A stretch of 64,000 nt of DNA from Candidatus Eiseniibacteriota bacterium (GTDB lineage: Bacteria > Eisenbacteria > RBG-16-71-46 > CAVPCR01), in the NCBI GenBank assembly GCA_963823555.1, contig CAWGMA010000001.1:224001-288000 (forward strand). Direction: 5' to 3'. Positions 9,149 to 19,296 of the stretch are shown here, in pieces (within the stretch, counting starts at the first letter, position 1; each line of letters opens with the position of its first letter). Under the pieces are notes generated by a model that was given only the letters and a program-made list of their open reading frames with translations, was not told where the DNA came from and ran no database searches. The position numbers and the translations under genes are program-made.

Positions 9149-12100
9149 ATGAATAAACAACCGCACCCGGGGCGGCGGCTTCCGCCCGCGATGGGAATCC
9201 CCCTCCTCTTCCTCGCACTTGCGCTCGCCAGCGCTGGTCCGGCCGAGGCGCAGTACTTCGGCAAGAACAAGGTCCAGTACGACACGTTCGACTGGCGAAT
9301 CATCGAGACCGAGCACTTCCACGTCTACTTCTATCCGGCCGAGGAAGAAGCCGCCAAGGATGCCGCGCGCATGGCGGAGAGGGCCTACGCGAAGCTCTCG
9401 AAGGTGCTCGATCATGAGGTCAAGCAGCCGATCCCGCTCATCCTGTATGCCTCACACACGGACTTCCAGCAGACCAATGCTCTGTCCGGTCTCATCGATG
9501 AGGGTACGGGCGGGGTCACGGAATTCCTGAAGCGGCGGGTCATCCTGCCCTTCACCGGTTCCTACGGTGAGATGGACCATGTGCTCACCCACGAGCTGGT
9601 GCACGCCTTCCAGGTCGATCTCCTGATGGGGGACAAGAGCCCGCTCTCCGGCCGCATGGGTTACAGCCCGCCGCTGTGGTTCATGGAGGGCATGGCCGAG
9701 TACCTCTCCATCGGCAAGCTCGACAACCACACCGAGATGTGGCTGCGTGACGGGGCTCTCGAGGGCTACCTGACGACTCTCCCCGAGCTCGAGATGACCG
9801 GGGACATCCGGGTCTACCGCTACGGGCAGGCAGTCTTCCAGTACATCGATGAGCACTACGGGACGCAGAAGATCAGCGAGATGCTCAAGAGCGTGGCCCG
9901 CCGCGGCGGTCTCGCGCGCACGGTGCAGTCCTCGCTCGGCTTGTCAGTGGATGATCTCTCCAAGCAGTGGACCGAGGAAATCCGGAAGACCTACCTTCCC
10001 CAGATCGCCGAGTACGAGAAGGCCGAAGCCTACGGATATCAGCTGACCGATCACACCGACGACCTGTCACAGATCAACCTGGCTCCGGCGGTCTCCCCCG
10101 ACGGCAACCTCATGGTCTATGTCTCCGACCGGGGCCTCTTCAACGATGTCTATCTCGCCTCGGCCATCGACGGCAAGCAGATCAGGAAGCTGGTCAACGG
10201 GGAGCGATCGTCGAGTTTCGAGTCGCTCCGGTACCTGTATACCTCTCTGTCCTGGGCACCCAACAACAAGCTCATCGCCCTCGCTGCCAAAGTGGGCGGG
10301 GAAGATGCCGTCTATGTGATCGATGTCGAGACGAAGGACGTCGTGCGCCGGCTCACGTTCGGACTCGACGGCATACTCTCGCCAACGTTCTCCCCCGATG
10401 GAGATCGCATCGCATTCGTCGGGCTCGAGGGCGGCCGCTCCGACCTCTTCATCACGGATCTCGATGGCAACAACGTCCAGCGCTTGACGCAGGATCGATT
10501 TGCCGACCGCGATCCACAGCTGGTCGCCGGACGGGCGATACATTGCCTTCACCACCGATCGTGGCCCGCGCACCAACTTCCGCACGCTCGAGTTCGGGGA
10601 TTTCAAGATCGCCGTTTACGATCTCGACACCGATCAGATCCGGGTCCTGCCCGGCCAGTCGGGGAAGAACATCAGTCCGCAGTGGTCGCCGGACGCCACC
10701 AAGATCGCCTTCGTCTCCGACCGCACGGGCATCTCGAACATCTATATGGTCGATGTGGCGACCGGCGAGGCATTCCAGATCACCAACCTGCTCACGGGCG
10801 CGAGCGGCATCACCGAGAATAGCCCGCCCATCTCCTGGTCGAGCAATGGCAAGCGTCTCCTCCTCACCTGTTTCGAGCGCGGCGGCTGGAACATCTACGC
10901 CATCAAGGATCCGCTCGATCTGCTCAAGGATCGCCAGCCGACTCCACCCGAAGTGATCGCCCAGGTGGACGTACCCCCGGCTCCGCGCCGCCTGGGTGGA
11001 GGGTCCCTCGAGGAAATGGGCGGCGGGGATCTCGAACCGCCCAGGGCCGATGACAGAGCGGTTACAGCGGTGACCATTGCCGGCGACGATCTCCCTTCCA
11101 CGTCGGGCGACCTCGATCCCCAAACGGCGGTGGCCGTGCCGCCGGCCGACGACGCTGCAACCGCCGAGGCGGCGATCCCGTCTGGTGGGGATGGCGAGCG
11201 GGATGAACCGGAGGTGCCCGCGGTGCCCGACGCCGAAGTCGCGGTGGATCCCGGATCCGACGAGATGCTGGCGGCCGGTGCTGAGTCATCCGCGGCGGAT
11301 ACGCTCACCGTAGCGCAGGTGGAGGCAGACGAAGAACAGGAGGAGGAAGAGGTTGCGGTCACGTACCGCCCGCCGGCTCCGGACGGCTCCACCTTCCGCG
11401 TGAAGGACTACAAGGTCTCGTTCTCTCCCGATGTCATCGCCGGGGCCGGAGGATTTGCTCCCGGCATCGGGGTGGCCGGGCAGTTTGCCCTCGGCCTCTC
11501 CGACGTCCTCGGGAACCACAACATCCTGTTCTCGGCGAACGTCTTCGGTGACATCTCGCAGTCTGATTTCTTCCTGACCTATTACAACCTGGAGCACCGC
11601 AGCAACTGGGGCGTCACCCTCTTCCAGTACCGCAACGACTATCTGAGCTTCTATGACAACGCCGTCCTGCGCACCGATCGCGAGGTCTTCCGCGGTGCCG
11701 AGGTCTTCCTGTGGCGGCCCTTCTCCAAGTTCCGCCGCGTCGAGCTGGGTCTCCAGGGCGCCTTCGTCGAGCGGAATGTCGTGAGCTCCGATTTCGAGAG
11801 CGGCACGGGAGTCGCGGGCCTCACCAACGACCGCATCTTCTTCCTCAAACCGCAGCTGGCCTTTGTCACGGATACGGTGCTGTTCGGATCGACGGGGCCG
11901 ATCGCCGGCGCCCGCAACCGCATCGGGGTCTCCCACTCCTTCGGCGACCTGAGCTACACCACGGTGGGCCTTGACCTGCGGCGCTATTTCAACATCCGGC
12001 AGCGTCACACCTTCGCCTTCCGGGTCCTGGGCACATCGTCCTTCGGCCAGACGCCGCAGACATTTGCCATCGGGGGGCCATGGACCGTGCGCGGCTGGCC

Positions 12101-12446
12101 ATTCGAGTCCTTCCGCGGCACCAACATCGGAGTCACGAATGTCGAGTACCGATTCCCGCTGGTCGAGCAGTTCCGATTCGGCTGGCCGGTACCGATCGGA
12201 TTCCGCGGCATCATAGGCGTCCTCTTCTTCGATGCCGGCACCGCCTTCAACCGGCATGATGAATGGCGGCCGTTCGCCGACTCGGGCTCCTTCTTCCGCT
12301 TCGATGATGTCTTCGCCAGCTATGGCTTCGGGGCGCGGATCAATCTCGGGTTCCTCATCCTGCGCTGGGATCTCGCCCAGCGCACCGACCTCGACCGGAG
12401 GATTGGCCGCCCGATCTCGACGCTGACGATCGGCGCTGCCTTCTAG
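9149..12446 (+). CDS. Outer-membrane protein: zincin peptidase-like domain + PD40/TolB-like propeller + BamA/TamA (Omp85)-type barrel; frameshifted at ~10511-10520
   Basis: Signal peptide AEA-QYFGKNKVQY; HELVH and WFMEGMAEY; repeated P-x-(W/F/V)SPDG; VRGW and EYRFP Omp85-like motifs; terminal Phe. One extra base in gatccacagc joins ORFs 9086..10822 and 10500..12446. Confidence 0.8.
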
Positions 12447-12478
12447 CCAGCCTGCCGCGGGTCTTTCGCCTCATTTCT

Positions 12479-12526
12479 GCCGGCATCGCCCTGGCTTGCG
12501 GTGCCGGCTTCCTCTTCTTATACTTT
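12479..12526 (+). terminator. Probable intrinsic terminator
   Basis: 11-bp stem gccggcatcgc/gcggtgccggc followed by ttcctcttcttatacttt, shortly after the stop at 12446. Confidence 0.5.
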
Positions 12527-12652
12527 GCCGGCCAGTCCGAACGAGCCTCCCGGCGTTTCGGCCGGCGCCATCGCGCGGCCATCCTGGCACTGGGAACGCC
12601 CCCCGCCCCCGTGCGGCGCTCTGCTGCGCCATAGGGAAAGGTCAGGTCGAGA

Positions 12653-13138
12653 TTGAGCGGATCCCATCATGATCCGGCGCATCCGGAGGGGGCTGCCCCA
12701 TCGAGCAGCCGGAACTCCGTCATCGCCCCCAAGGCAGCGGTCACGCGGCGCCTCCACTTCTCCGCTGCGCATCGCTTGTACAACCCCGCCTTCAGTGATG
12801 AGGAAAACTGGGACACTTTCGGCCATTGCAACAACCCGAGAGGACATGGCCACAACTACACGCTTGAAGTCACCGTGAGCGGTCCTATCGATCCGGCAAC
12901 CGGCTTCGTCATCGACCTCGCCCGCCTCAAGCGCGTCATGAACGAAAGAATCGTCGATCGCGTCGATCACAAGCATCTGAATGAAGATGTGGATTTCCTG
13001 CATGGAGTGAATCCGACGGCGGAGAACCTGGCCAGAGTCTTCTGGCGCGAGCTTCGCGACCACATACCGAGCGGCGAGCTCCTGAAGGTTCGTGTCTACG
13101 AGTCGGAACAGAACTACGCCGACTACTGCGGAGACTGA
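12653..13138 (+). CDS. queD: 6-pyruvoyl/6-carboxy-tetrahydropterin synthase (PTPS/QueD family)
   Basis: [24 protein letters not shown] and PTAEN, next to folE. Confidence 0.88.
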   Translation: MSGSHHDPAHPEGAAPSSSRNSVIAPKAAVTRRLHFSAAHRLYNPAFSDEENWDTFGHCNNPRGHGHNYTLEVTVSGPIDPATGFVIDLARLKRVMNERIVDRVDHKHLNEDVDFLHGVNPTAENLARVFWRELRDHIPSGELLKVRVYESEQNYADYCGD

Positions 13139-13140
13139 GG

Positions 13141-13893
13141 ATGAAGACAAAGACACCGGCGCGCGGGGCGAGGGGGAGCGGCCAGGTCGCTCCCGCGGGT
13201 CGCGACCACTCGGGGCCGCTGCAGCGCGAGAAGGCCGTGACGGGCGGCGTCCGAGAACGGCGCGCTTACATGGCGGAGGACCTGGGCGCCCACTCTCCGA
13301 TCGGCAATCGGATGGCGACTCAGAACGCCGAGGAGCTGGCGTCGCTGGTCCATCAGCAGCTGGCGCTGATCGGAGAGGACCCAGAGCGCGAGGGTCTGGT
13401 CAAGACGCCTGAGCGAGTGGCGAGGGCACTGGCCTATCTGACCCGTGGCTATGATCAGGATCCCTATGAAGTGCTGGGCGACGCCATGTTCACGGAGCAC
13501 TATGACGAGATGGTCCTGGTCAAGGACATCGATATCTTCAGCCTATGTGAGCATCATCTCCTGCCGTTCTTCGGGCGTTGTCACGTGGCGTACATACCGA
13601 CCCGGCAGATCGCCGGACTGTCCAAGGTGGCGCGACTCGTCGACATCTACGCCCGGCGCCTGCAAGTTCAGGAGCGCATGACCCGGGAGATCGGGCACTG
13701 CGTTCAAGATGTGCTCAAGCCGGAGGGGGTGGGAGTGGTGATCGAGGCGTACCACATGTGCATGATGATGCGGGGGATCGAGAAACAGAACTCGATGGCC
13801 GTGACCAGCTGCATGCTGGGCAGCTTCCGCAAAGATTCCAAGGTGCGGATGGAGTTCCTTGATCTCATCCGTACCCGTCGCCACCCGGTGTAG
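13141..13893 (+). CDS. folE: GTP cyclohydrolase I
   Basis: [39 protein letters not shown] and HMCMMMRG. The true start may be downstream (13270 or 13312). Confidence 0.95.
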   Translation: MKTKTPARGARGSGQVAPAGRDHSGPLQREKAVTGGVRERRAYMAEDLGAHSPIGNRMATQNAEELASLVHQQLALIGEDPEREGLVKTPERVARALAYLTRGYDQDPYEVLGDAMFTEHYDEMVLVKDIDIFSLCEHHLLPFFGRCHVAYIPTRQIAGLSKVARLVDIYARRLQVQERMTREIGHCVQDVLKPEGVGVVIEAYHMCMMMRGIEKQNSMAVTSCMLGSFRKDSKVRMEFLDLIRTRRHPV

Positions 13894-13977
13894 CGCCGGT
13901 GCTGGTAGAGAGTGGTCCAGTGGCACCAGGACGCGGGCGGACGTCAGCGATCCGGTGCACGGGGAAGGGGAGGAGCC

Positions 13978-14916
13978 ATGAATCGCAAGGTCACAGTGGT
14001 CGGGTCGGGACATGTTGGAGCGACGCTGTCCCAGCGCATTGCCGACCTCGAACTCGCCGACGTCGTCATCATCGACATCTTGGAGGGAGTCCCGCAAGGC
14101 AAGGGGCTCGACATGCAGCAGGCGGCGCCGATCGTTGCCTCCGACGCCCGCTGCATGGGGACCAACGACTACAAGGACACTGCTGATTCTGACATCGTAG
14201 TCATCACTGCCGGCTTCCCCCGGAAGCCGGGGATGAGCCGCGACGACCTGCTGATCGCCAACGCCGATATCGTGCGTGATGTCACACGTAAGGTGATGCA
14301 GCACTCACGGAATCCAATCATCATCGTCGTGACCAATCCGCTCGATGCCATGTGTCATGTGGCGCTGGAGGAGTCGAAGCTCAAGCCGGAACGGGTCATG
14401 GGCATGGCGGGCATCCTCGACTCCGCCCGGTTCCGCACTTTCATCGCTATGGAGCTCGGAGTCTCGGTTGAGAACACGAGCGCCTTCGTGCTGGGTGGTC
14501 ATGGCGATACCATGGTGCCGCTGCCGCGCTTCTCGACCGTCGCCGGCATCCCGATCACGGAGCTCATGGACAAGCAGACCATCGAGCGTCTTGTGGATCG
14601 GACGCGGAAGGGTGGCGCGGAGATCGTGGCCTTGCTCAAGACCGGAAGCGCCTACTATGCACCGTCCGCCGCTGTGGTGGAGATGATCGACGCCATCCTG
14701 AAGGACAAGAAGAAGATCTTGCCGTGTGCGGCCTATCTTCGCGGCGAATACGGCATCAAGGATCTCTTCGTCGGCGTTCCGGTGAAGCTCGGTACCGCCG
14801 GTGTCGAGCAGGTCATCGAGGTCAAGCTGCTCGAAGATGAGAAGGCGGCCCTCACGAAATCGGCTGGAGCCGTGCGTGAGCTCGTCGAAGTGCTCAAGAG
14901 CCGCGCAGGAGCGTGA
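13978..14916 (+). CDS. mdh: Malate dehydrogenase (LDH-like)
   Basis: [29 protein letters not shown] and LGGHGD, with RBS aggag before ATG 13978. Confidence 0.95.
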   Translation: MNRKVTVVGSGHVGATLSQRIADLELADVVIIDILEGVPQGKGLDMQQAAPIVASDARCMGTNDYKDTADSDIVVITAGFPRKPGMSRDDLLIANADIVRDVTRKVMQHSRNPIIIVVTNPLDAMCHVALEESKLKPERVMGMAGILDSARFRTFIAMELGVSVENTSAFVLGGHGDTMVPLPRFSTVAGIPITELMDKQTIERLVDRTRKGGAEIVALLKTGSAYYAPSAAVVEMIDAILKDKKKILPCAAYLRGEYGIKDLFVGVPVKLGTAGVEQVIEVKLLEDEKAALTKSAGAVRELVEVLKSRAGA

Positions 14917-16262
14917 CGCCTTCGCCTGCTCCTGCCTTGTCGGGAGATCGGGCGCCGGTCATCGGCCGGCGTCCGATCTTCGTTCTTGGAATCCTGAGCC
15001 TGGGGTTCTGGGTGGGGCTGGCCCACGCCGGCGATCTGACGACTCGGATCCCGGTCTTTCTCCTCCTCTACGGTATCCTCTTCGCTGCCTACGTTGCCCT
15101 CATCATTCTCTCTCGGGCCGGGGATCGCCTCGCCAGCGGGCATGGTCTCAAGATGGCCATCGCCTTCGCTGCTCTCTTTCGGCTGGCCGCCATCCAAGCA
15201 CCGCCCTCGCTGTCCACGGATCTCTATCGCTATCTGTGGGACGGTCGCGTGATCCTGACGGGGGTGAACCCCTATCGCTATGCTCCCGAGGCGCTGGAGC
15301 TCGCTCCGCTCCGCGACGAGTATCATGCGGCGATCAACAACTCCAACCTGCCCACCATCTATCCCCCCATCGCCCAGTTCGTCTTCGCCGCTACGGCCGC
15401 TGTGTGGCCGCATCCAACGGGTATCAAGGTCGCCATGGCGATCGCCGATCTCATGACCGTCGCCGCGCTGGCTTCACTCCTGGCCGCCCTCCAGCTCCGG
15501 CCGGGACGGCTCATCGTCTATGCCTGGTGCCCGCTTCCCATCCTCGAGTTCGCCGGGATGGGACATGTTGATATCGTCGGAATCCTGTTCCTCGTTTCGG
15601 CCCTGGCGGCCCTCGCTCGAAACCGCTGCGTGCTTGCTCTCGCCGCGCTCGGCCTATCGATCCTCAGCAAGATCTTCCCCGTGATCCTGGTCCCGCTCTT
15701 TCTGGGCCGAACGCCGCCCCGGACCTGGGTGGTACTGGGTGGGGTCCTGGTCCTGAGTGTCCTGCCTTTCCTGGCCCCTGGAGTGGATCCCTCGTACTCC
15801 CTCCGCACCTATGTCGCGACCTGGCGGGGAAACGATGTGCTCTTCGCCGGCCTCCTTCACATCACCGGTCATCCCGCGACAGCCAAGGCCGCAGCATTGG
15901 TTGTGATCGCTTTGGTCGCCCTGGCCTGCCTTCGCCGCGGTGCGGCCATCGAGACGACGGTGCTGGCGATGATGACGGCGACACTGCTGCTGGCGCCGGT
16001 GCTGCATCCCTGGTATGTCACGTGGCTCGTGCCGTTCCTGGCGGTGCGCCCGAATCCGGCTGGCATCGCTTGGACCGGTACCGTTGCCCTCGCCTACCTG
16101 GCCTGGACCCAGTTTCATGAGAGCGGGATCTACACCGTCGAACCCTGGCCCCGAGTCCTCCAGCTCCTGATCCCGCTCGCTGTCGCCGTTGGTTGGCACT
16201 GGCGCGGGATGCGTGGCGAGGCCCAGAAGGGTGGCACCCGACTCGTCGGCGAAGCCGGCTAG
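14913..16262 (+). CDS. Membrane glycosyltransferase, GT87/DUF2029-like (GT-C)
   Basis: [23 protein letters not shown] and LHPWY in a multi-TM protein. Confidence 0.75.
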   Translation: MTPSPAPALSGDRAPVIGRRPIFVLGILSLGFWVGLAHAGDLTTRIPVFLLLYGILFAAYVALIILSRAGDRLASGHGLKMAIAFAALFRLAAIQAPPSLSTDLYRYLWDGRVILTGVNPYRYAPEALELAPLRDEYHAAINNSNLPTIYPPIAQFVFAATAAVWPHPTGIKVAMAIADLMTVAALASLLAALQLRPGRLIVYAWCPLPILEFAGMGHVDIVGILFLVSALAALARNRCVLALAALGLSILSKIFPVILVPLFLGRTPPRTWVVLGGVLVLSVLPFLAPGVDPSYSLRTYVATWRGNDVLFAGLLHITGHPATAKAAALVVIALVALACLRRGAAIETTVLAMMTATLLLAPVLHPWYVTWLVPFLAVRPNPAGIAWTGTVALAYLAWTQFHESGIYTVEPWPRVLQLLIPLAVAVGWHWRGMRGEAQKGGTRLVGEAG

Positions 16263-16265
16263 AAA

Positions 16266-17855
16266 CTAGGCCGCCGCGTTCGCGACCGGAGAAGAGGCTG
16301 GTCGCTTCGCGTGATCGATGCGATGGCCCTCCGCGGTCTGCTCCGCTCGTTCCGGCCGGGCAGGGATTCTCTGCCCGCTCTTGCGGGAGTGGAGGATGGA
16401 AAGAAGACCGATGTAGAGGAACCCGCAGAGATAGAGCATCAGAAAGGGAACGATCGCGAACAAGCTGGTGTGCAGAGCATAGACGATGGCCGCGGCCGTG
16501 TATCCGGCGAGGCCAAGCTCAAGAAGCGAGAGCAGGGAGAATGGAGCGCGGTAGCTCTTGCCTTGCCAGTGTCCCAACCGTTCCACGATGCGGTACTTCG
16601 GCGTGCGTTCGAAGACCCCTGGATCCTTCCGCCAGGCTTCGAAGATCGCCCGCGTGTTGTTGATGGCGATCCCCATGCCACCAGCGACAATGACCGGCAA
16701 GATGATGATCTTCTTTCGCCACTCGGGTGTGATCGCGGCCTGGGCAAAGCCATAGAAGATGGGATGTCCGAAGCTCGCGATCACGAGCCAGGTGAGCAGG
16801 CGGAACACTCTCGCCTGCTCTGGAAACTCGTGGATCACGATGAGGCTGGGGAGCGACGACAAGGCAAGGAGAAGCAGCAACGGGTAGACCAGATGATTGG
16901 TCAAGTGAATGGCGGCTTGCGCCTTGGTGAACAGCGGCAGGCGGGCCCGGAAGACGCGCGGTAGCACCTTGCGGGCTGTTTGCATGGAGCCCTTGGCCCA
17001 GCGGAACTGCTGTCCCTTGAAAGCATTGACCTCACCGGGTAGCTCCGCCGGACACACCAGGTCCGGGAGGAACAGGAAGCGCCAGCCCGCCAGCTGGGCG
17101 CGATAGCTCAAGTCGAGATCCTCGGTCAGCGTGTCGTCCTGCCAGTTCCCTGCATCCTCGATGCACTCCCGGCGCCAGATTCCTGCCGTGCCATTGAAGT
17201 TCATGAAGGCACCAGCCCGGTTGCGCACCGTCTGCTCGATGACGAAGTGTCCATCGAGAGCCACGGCCTGGCCGCGGGTCAGTGTCGAGTACTCGGCATT
17301 GAGATGGCCCCAGCGCGCCTGGACCAGTCCGAGTTTCGGGTCGCCGAAGTGAGGGACGGTCCGTTCGAGGAAATCAGGCGGCGGCACGAAGTCGGCATCG
17401 AAGACGGCGATCAGCTCGCCCTTGGCCAGCTCGAGGCCCGCGCGCAAGGCACCACCCTTGAAGCCGGCGCGATCCTCGCGGCGTACTTGCACGATGTCGA
17501 TGCCCAGGGCGCGATAGCGCGCCACGAGTTCGCGCACGTGAGCGGTGGTTTCATCGGTGGAGTCATCAAGCACCTGCACTTCGAATCGGTCACGTGGATA
17601 GCGCAGGGAACAAACGGATCCGATGAGCCGGTCGATGACGTAGAGTTCGTTGAAGATCGGGAGCTGGACGGTGACATGCGGTGGTTCGTGGGGGAGGGCG
17701 GGCGATCCCGGGTTCCGGTCCCGAACCCGAGAGAAGAGAAGAGTCATCACGTAGGCGTGGATGCCATAGAGGAAGAGCACCGCGGCCAGCGCGGCGTAGC
17801 CCAGCACGTAGATTTGGACCAGCCTCTCAGCATCCAAGGCGTCACCTGCTATCAA
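16266..17855 (-). CDS. Processive GT2 glycosyltransferase (cellulose synthase/CslA-like)
   Basis: VQLPIFNE, DDSTD, GFKGGAL, FDADF, TEDLD and QQFRW (D,D,D,QxxRW), with C-terminal TM helices. Confidence 0.9.
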   Translation of the reverse strand: MIAGDALDAERLVQIYVLGYAALAAVLFLYGIHAYVMTLLFSRVRDRNPGSPALPHEPPHVTVQLPIFNELYVIDRLIGSVCSLRYPRDRFEVQVLDDSTDETTAHVRELVARYRALGIDIVQVRREDRAGFKGGALRAGLELAKGELIAVFDADFVPPPDFLERTVPHFGDPKLGLVQARWGHLNAEYSTLTRGQAVALDGHFVIEQTVRNRAGAFMNFNGTAGIWRRECIEDAGNWQDDTLTEDLDLSYRAQLAGWRFLFLPDLVCPAELPGEVNAFKGQQFRWAKGSMQTARKVLPRVFRARLPLFTKAQAAIHLTNHLVYPLLLLLALSSLPSLIVIHEFPEQARVFRLLTWLVIASFGHPIFYGFAQAAITPEWRKKIIILPVIVAGGMGIAINNTRAIFEAWRKDPGVFERTPKYRIVERLGHWQGKSYRAPFSLLSLLELGLAGYTAAAIVYALHTSLFAIVPFLMLYLCGFLYIGLLSILHSRKSGQRIPARPERAEQTAEGHRIDHAKRPASSPVANAAA

Positions 17856-17907
17856 CAGGGACCGCTAATCCGCACCCGCGATCAAAGTCATAAATGATTA
17901 CTTAATA

Positions 17908-18642
17908 ATGAGTTACATGATTATTAGGGCGCAGTCTACAGGCCGTGCTCGAAGCCTGTCAAAGGAAAACCCGGTTCGCCATCGCCCCCTGGGCGCCGTC
18001 CTGGTCGGAGGTCGTAGCCGTCGGATGGGCGAGGACAAGGCGCTCATCGAATGGCTTGGCCGCCCACTGGCGCTCCATGTGGCCGATGTCCTCGACCGGG
18101 TATGCCCGCAGGTCGTTCTTGTGGGCGGCTCCGGGCGCGGATATGAGCGGTTGGGTCGCGCCTGGCTTCCTGATCTGGCCGGTGTCTCTGGCGCAGGCCC
18201 CATGGCTGGACTGATCACCGCTCTCCGCGTCGCGCCCCGCGTGCTCCTCGTCGCCTGCGACCTACCGTTCCTGGAGCCATTCATTCTCGAACGTCTCTTG
18301 ACCGCCGCGGGCCAGGCGCCGGTCGCCATTCCCATGCTTCCGGGACGGCGAATGGATCCGCTGATAGGGATTTACGGGCGTGGGGCGCTGCCTTTGGCGC
18401 TTCGGTCTCTGGCCTCAGGTTCAGGGCGAATGTCCGACCTTATCGGGGTTTCCGGTGCCCGTGTCATCCCGGCGAGTGCTCTGGGATCTGCGGGAGACGT
18501 GGCCCGGGCTCTGACCAACCTCAACCGCCAGCACGACTTGGCGGCAGCCCGGGGCCGTGGTGGTCGGGCAGATGAAGCCCGTCGCCTCCAGCCAGGCCAG
18601 AGCAGAGCCGAAGACTTAAATCCATATGGTGATAGGTATTAG
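17908..18642 (+). CDS. mobA: Molybdenum cofactor guanylyltransferase (MobA-like)
   Basis: LVGGRSRRMGEDKA, GPMAGL, VACDLP and NLN. Start uncertain. Confidence 0.8.
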   Translation: MSYMIIRAQSTGRARSLSKENPVRHRPLGAVLVGGRSRRMGEDKALIEWLGRPLALHVADVLDRVCPQVVLVGGSGRGYERLGRAWLPDLAGVSGAGPMAGLITALRVAPRVLLVACDLPFLEPFILERLLTAAGQAPVAIPMLPGRRMDPLIGIYGRGALPLALRSLASGSGRMSDLIGVSGARVIPASALGSAGDVARALTNLNRQHDLAAARGRGGRADEARRLQPGQSRAEDLNPYGDRY

Positions 18643-18697
18643 GGGCTACCCATCAGATCTTCCGAGCCTTTCCACTTCATGAAGACGTGAAAAAAAC

Positions 18698-18750
18698 TTG
18701 GCAAGACGACCGAGGATTCCGTAAACTGCTATTGAGAATCATTCGTAATA
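18698..18750 (+). promoter_or_regulatory. Putative sigma70 promoter with adjacent Fur-box-like palindrome
   Basis: TTGGCA(18698)-18 bp-TAAACT(18722), then tattgagaatcattcgtaata (18730-18750), an AT-rich imperfect palindrome (16 of 20 non-central positions symmetric) directly upstream of fur. Confidence 0.65.
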
Positions 18751-18771
18751 AGCGCTCGACAGGATCCTCCG

Positions 18772-19296
18772 ATGATGAATCGAAGCCCGATCGGATCCCC
18801 ATCCACCGACCCAGCTGAGCCCCTCGGGACAGGGAAAGAGGCCATTCACTTTCGCGACTTTCTCGCCACCCATGGACTCCGCATGACGCGTGAGAGGGTT
18901 GCCATCCTCGACGCCGTGTTGGCCGCCCGCGATCACTTCGATGTCGAGACCCTCTATGTCGCCCTGCGCCGGCGGGCGTCGCAGGTCTCACGGGCGACGA
19001 TCTATCGCACGCTGGACCTCCTCGTGCAGAGCGGTCTCGTGGATCGGGAGCGGTTCGGCACCGATTCCTTCTGCTACGAGCCGATTCACGGCCGTGAGCA
19101 CCACGACCACATGGTCTGCAATTCGTGTGGTCAAGTGATCGAGTTCTTCTCCGGGGAGATCGAGCGGCAGCAGGATCTGGCCTGCGAGGAGCACGGATTC
19201 ACGCCAGAGACCCACCGTCTGACGATCTTCGGGCGTTGCGCCCGGTGCACCGAGCAGGAACAGGCAGCGCATGGCAGGGCCCGGCGCCATGGCTGA
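18772..19296 (+). CDS. fur: Fur family transcriptional repressor
   Basis: GLRMTRER, SRATIYRTL, HHDHMVCNSCG and a C-terminal CARC. Confidence 0.92.
   Translation: MMNRSPIGSPSTDPAEPLGTGKEAIHFRDFLATHGLRMTRERVAILDAVLAARDHFDVETLYVALRRRASQVSRATIYRTLDLLVQSGLVDRERFGTDSFCYEPIHGREHHDHMVCNSCGQVIEFFSGEIERQQDLACEEHGFTPETHRLTIFGRCARCTEQEQAAHGRARRHG

Noticed and set aside
9125..12494. 13-bp direct repeat ggcatcgccctgg flanking the Omp85-type gene as a target-site duplication
   Set aside because: There is no mobility gene, the second copy is part of a terminator stem, and the match is plausible by chance in GC-rich DNA.
17880..17930. dif/Xer site in the AT-rich patch
   Set aside because: No acceptable match to the XerD arm TTATGTTAAAT with 6-bp spacing.
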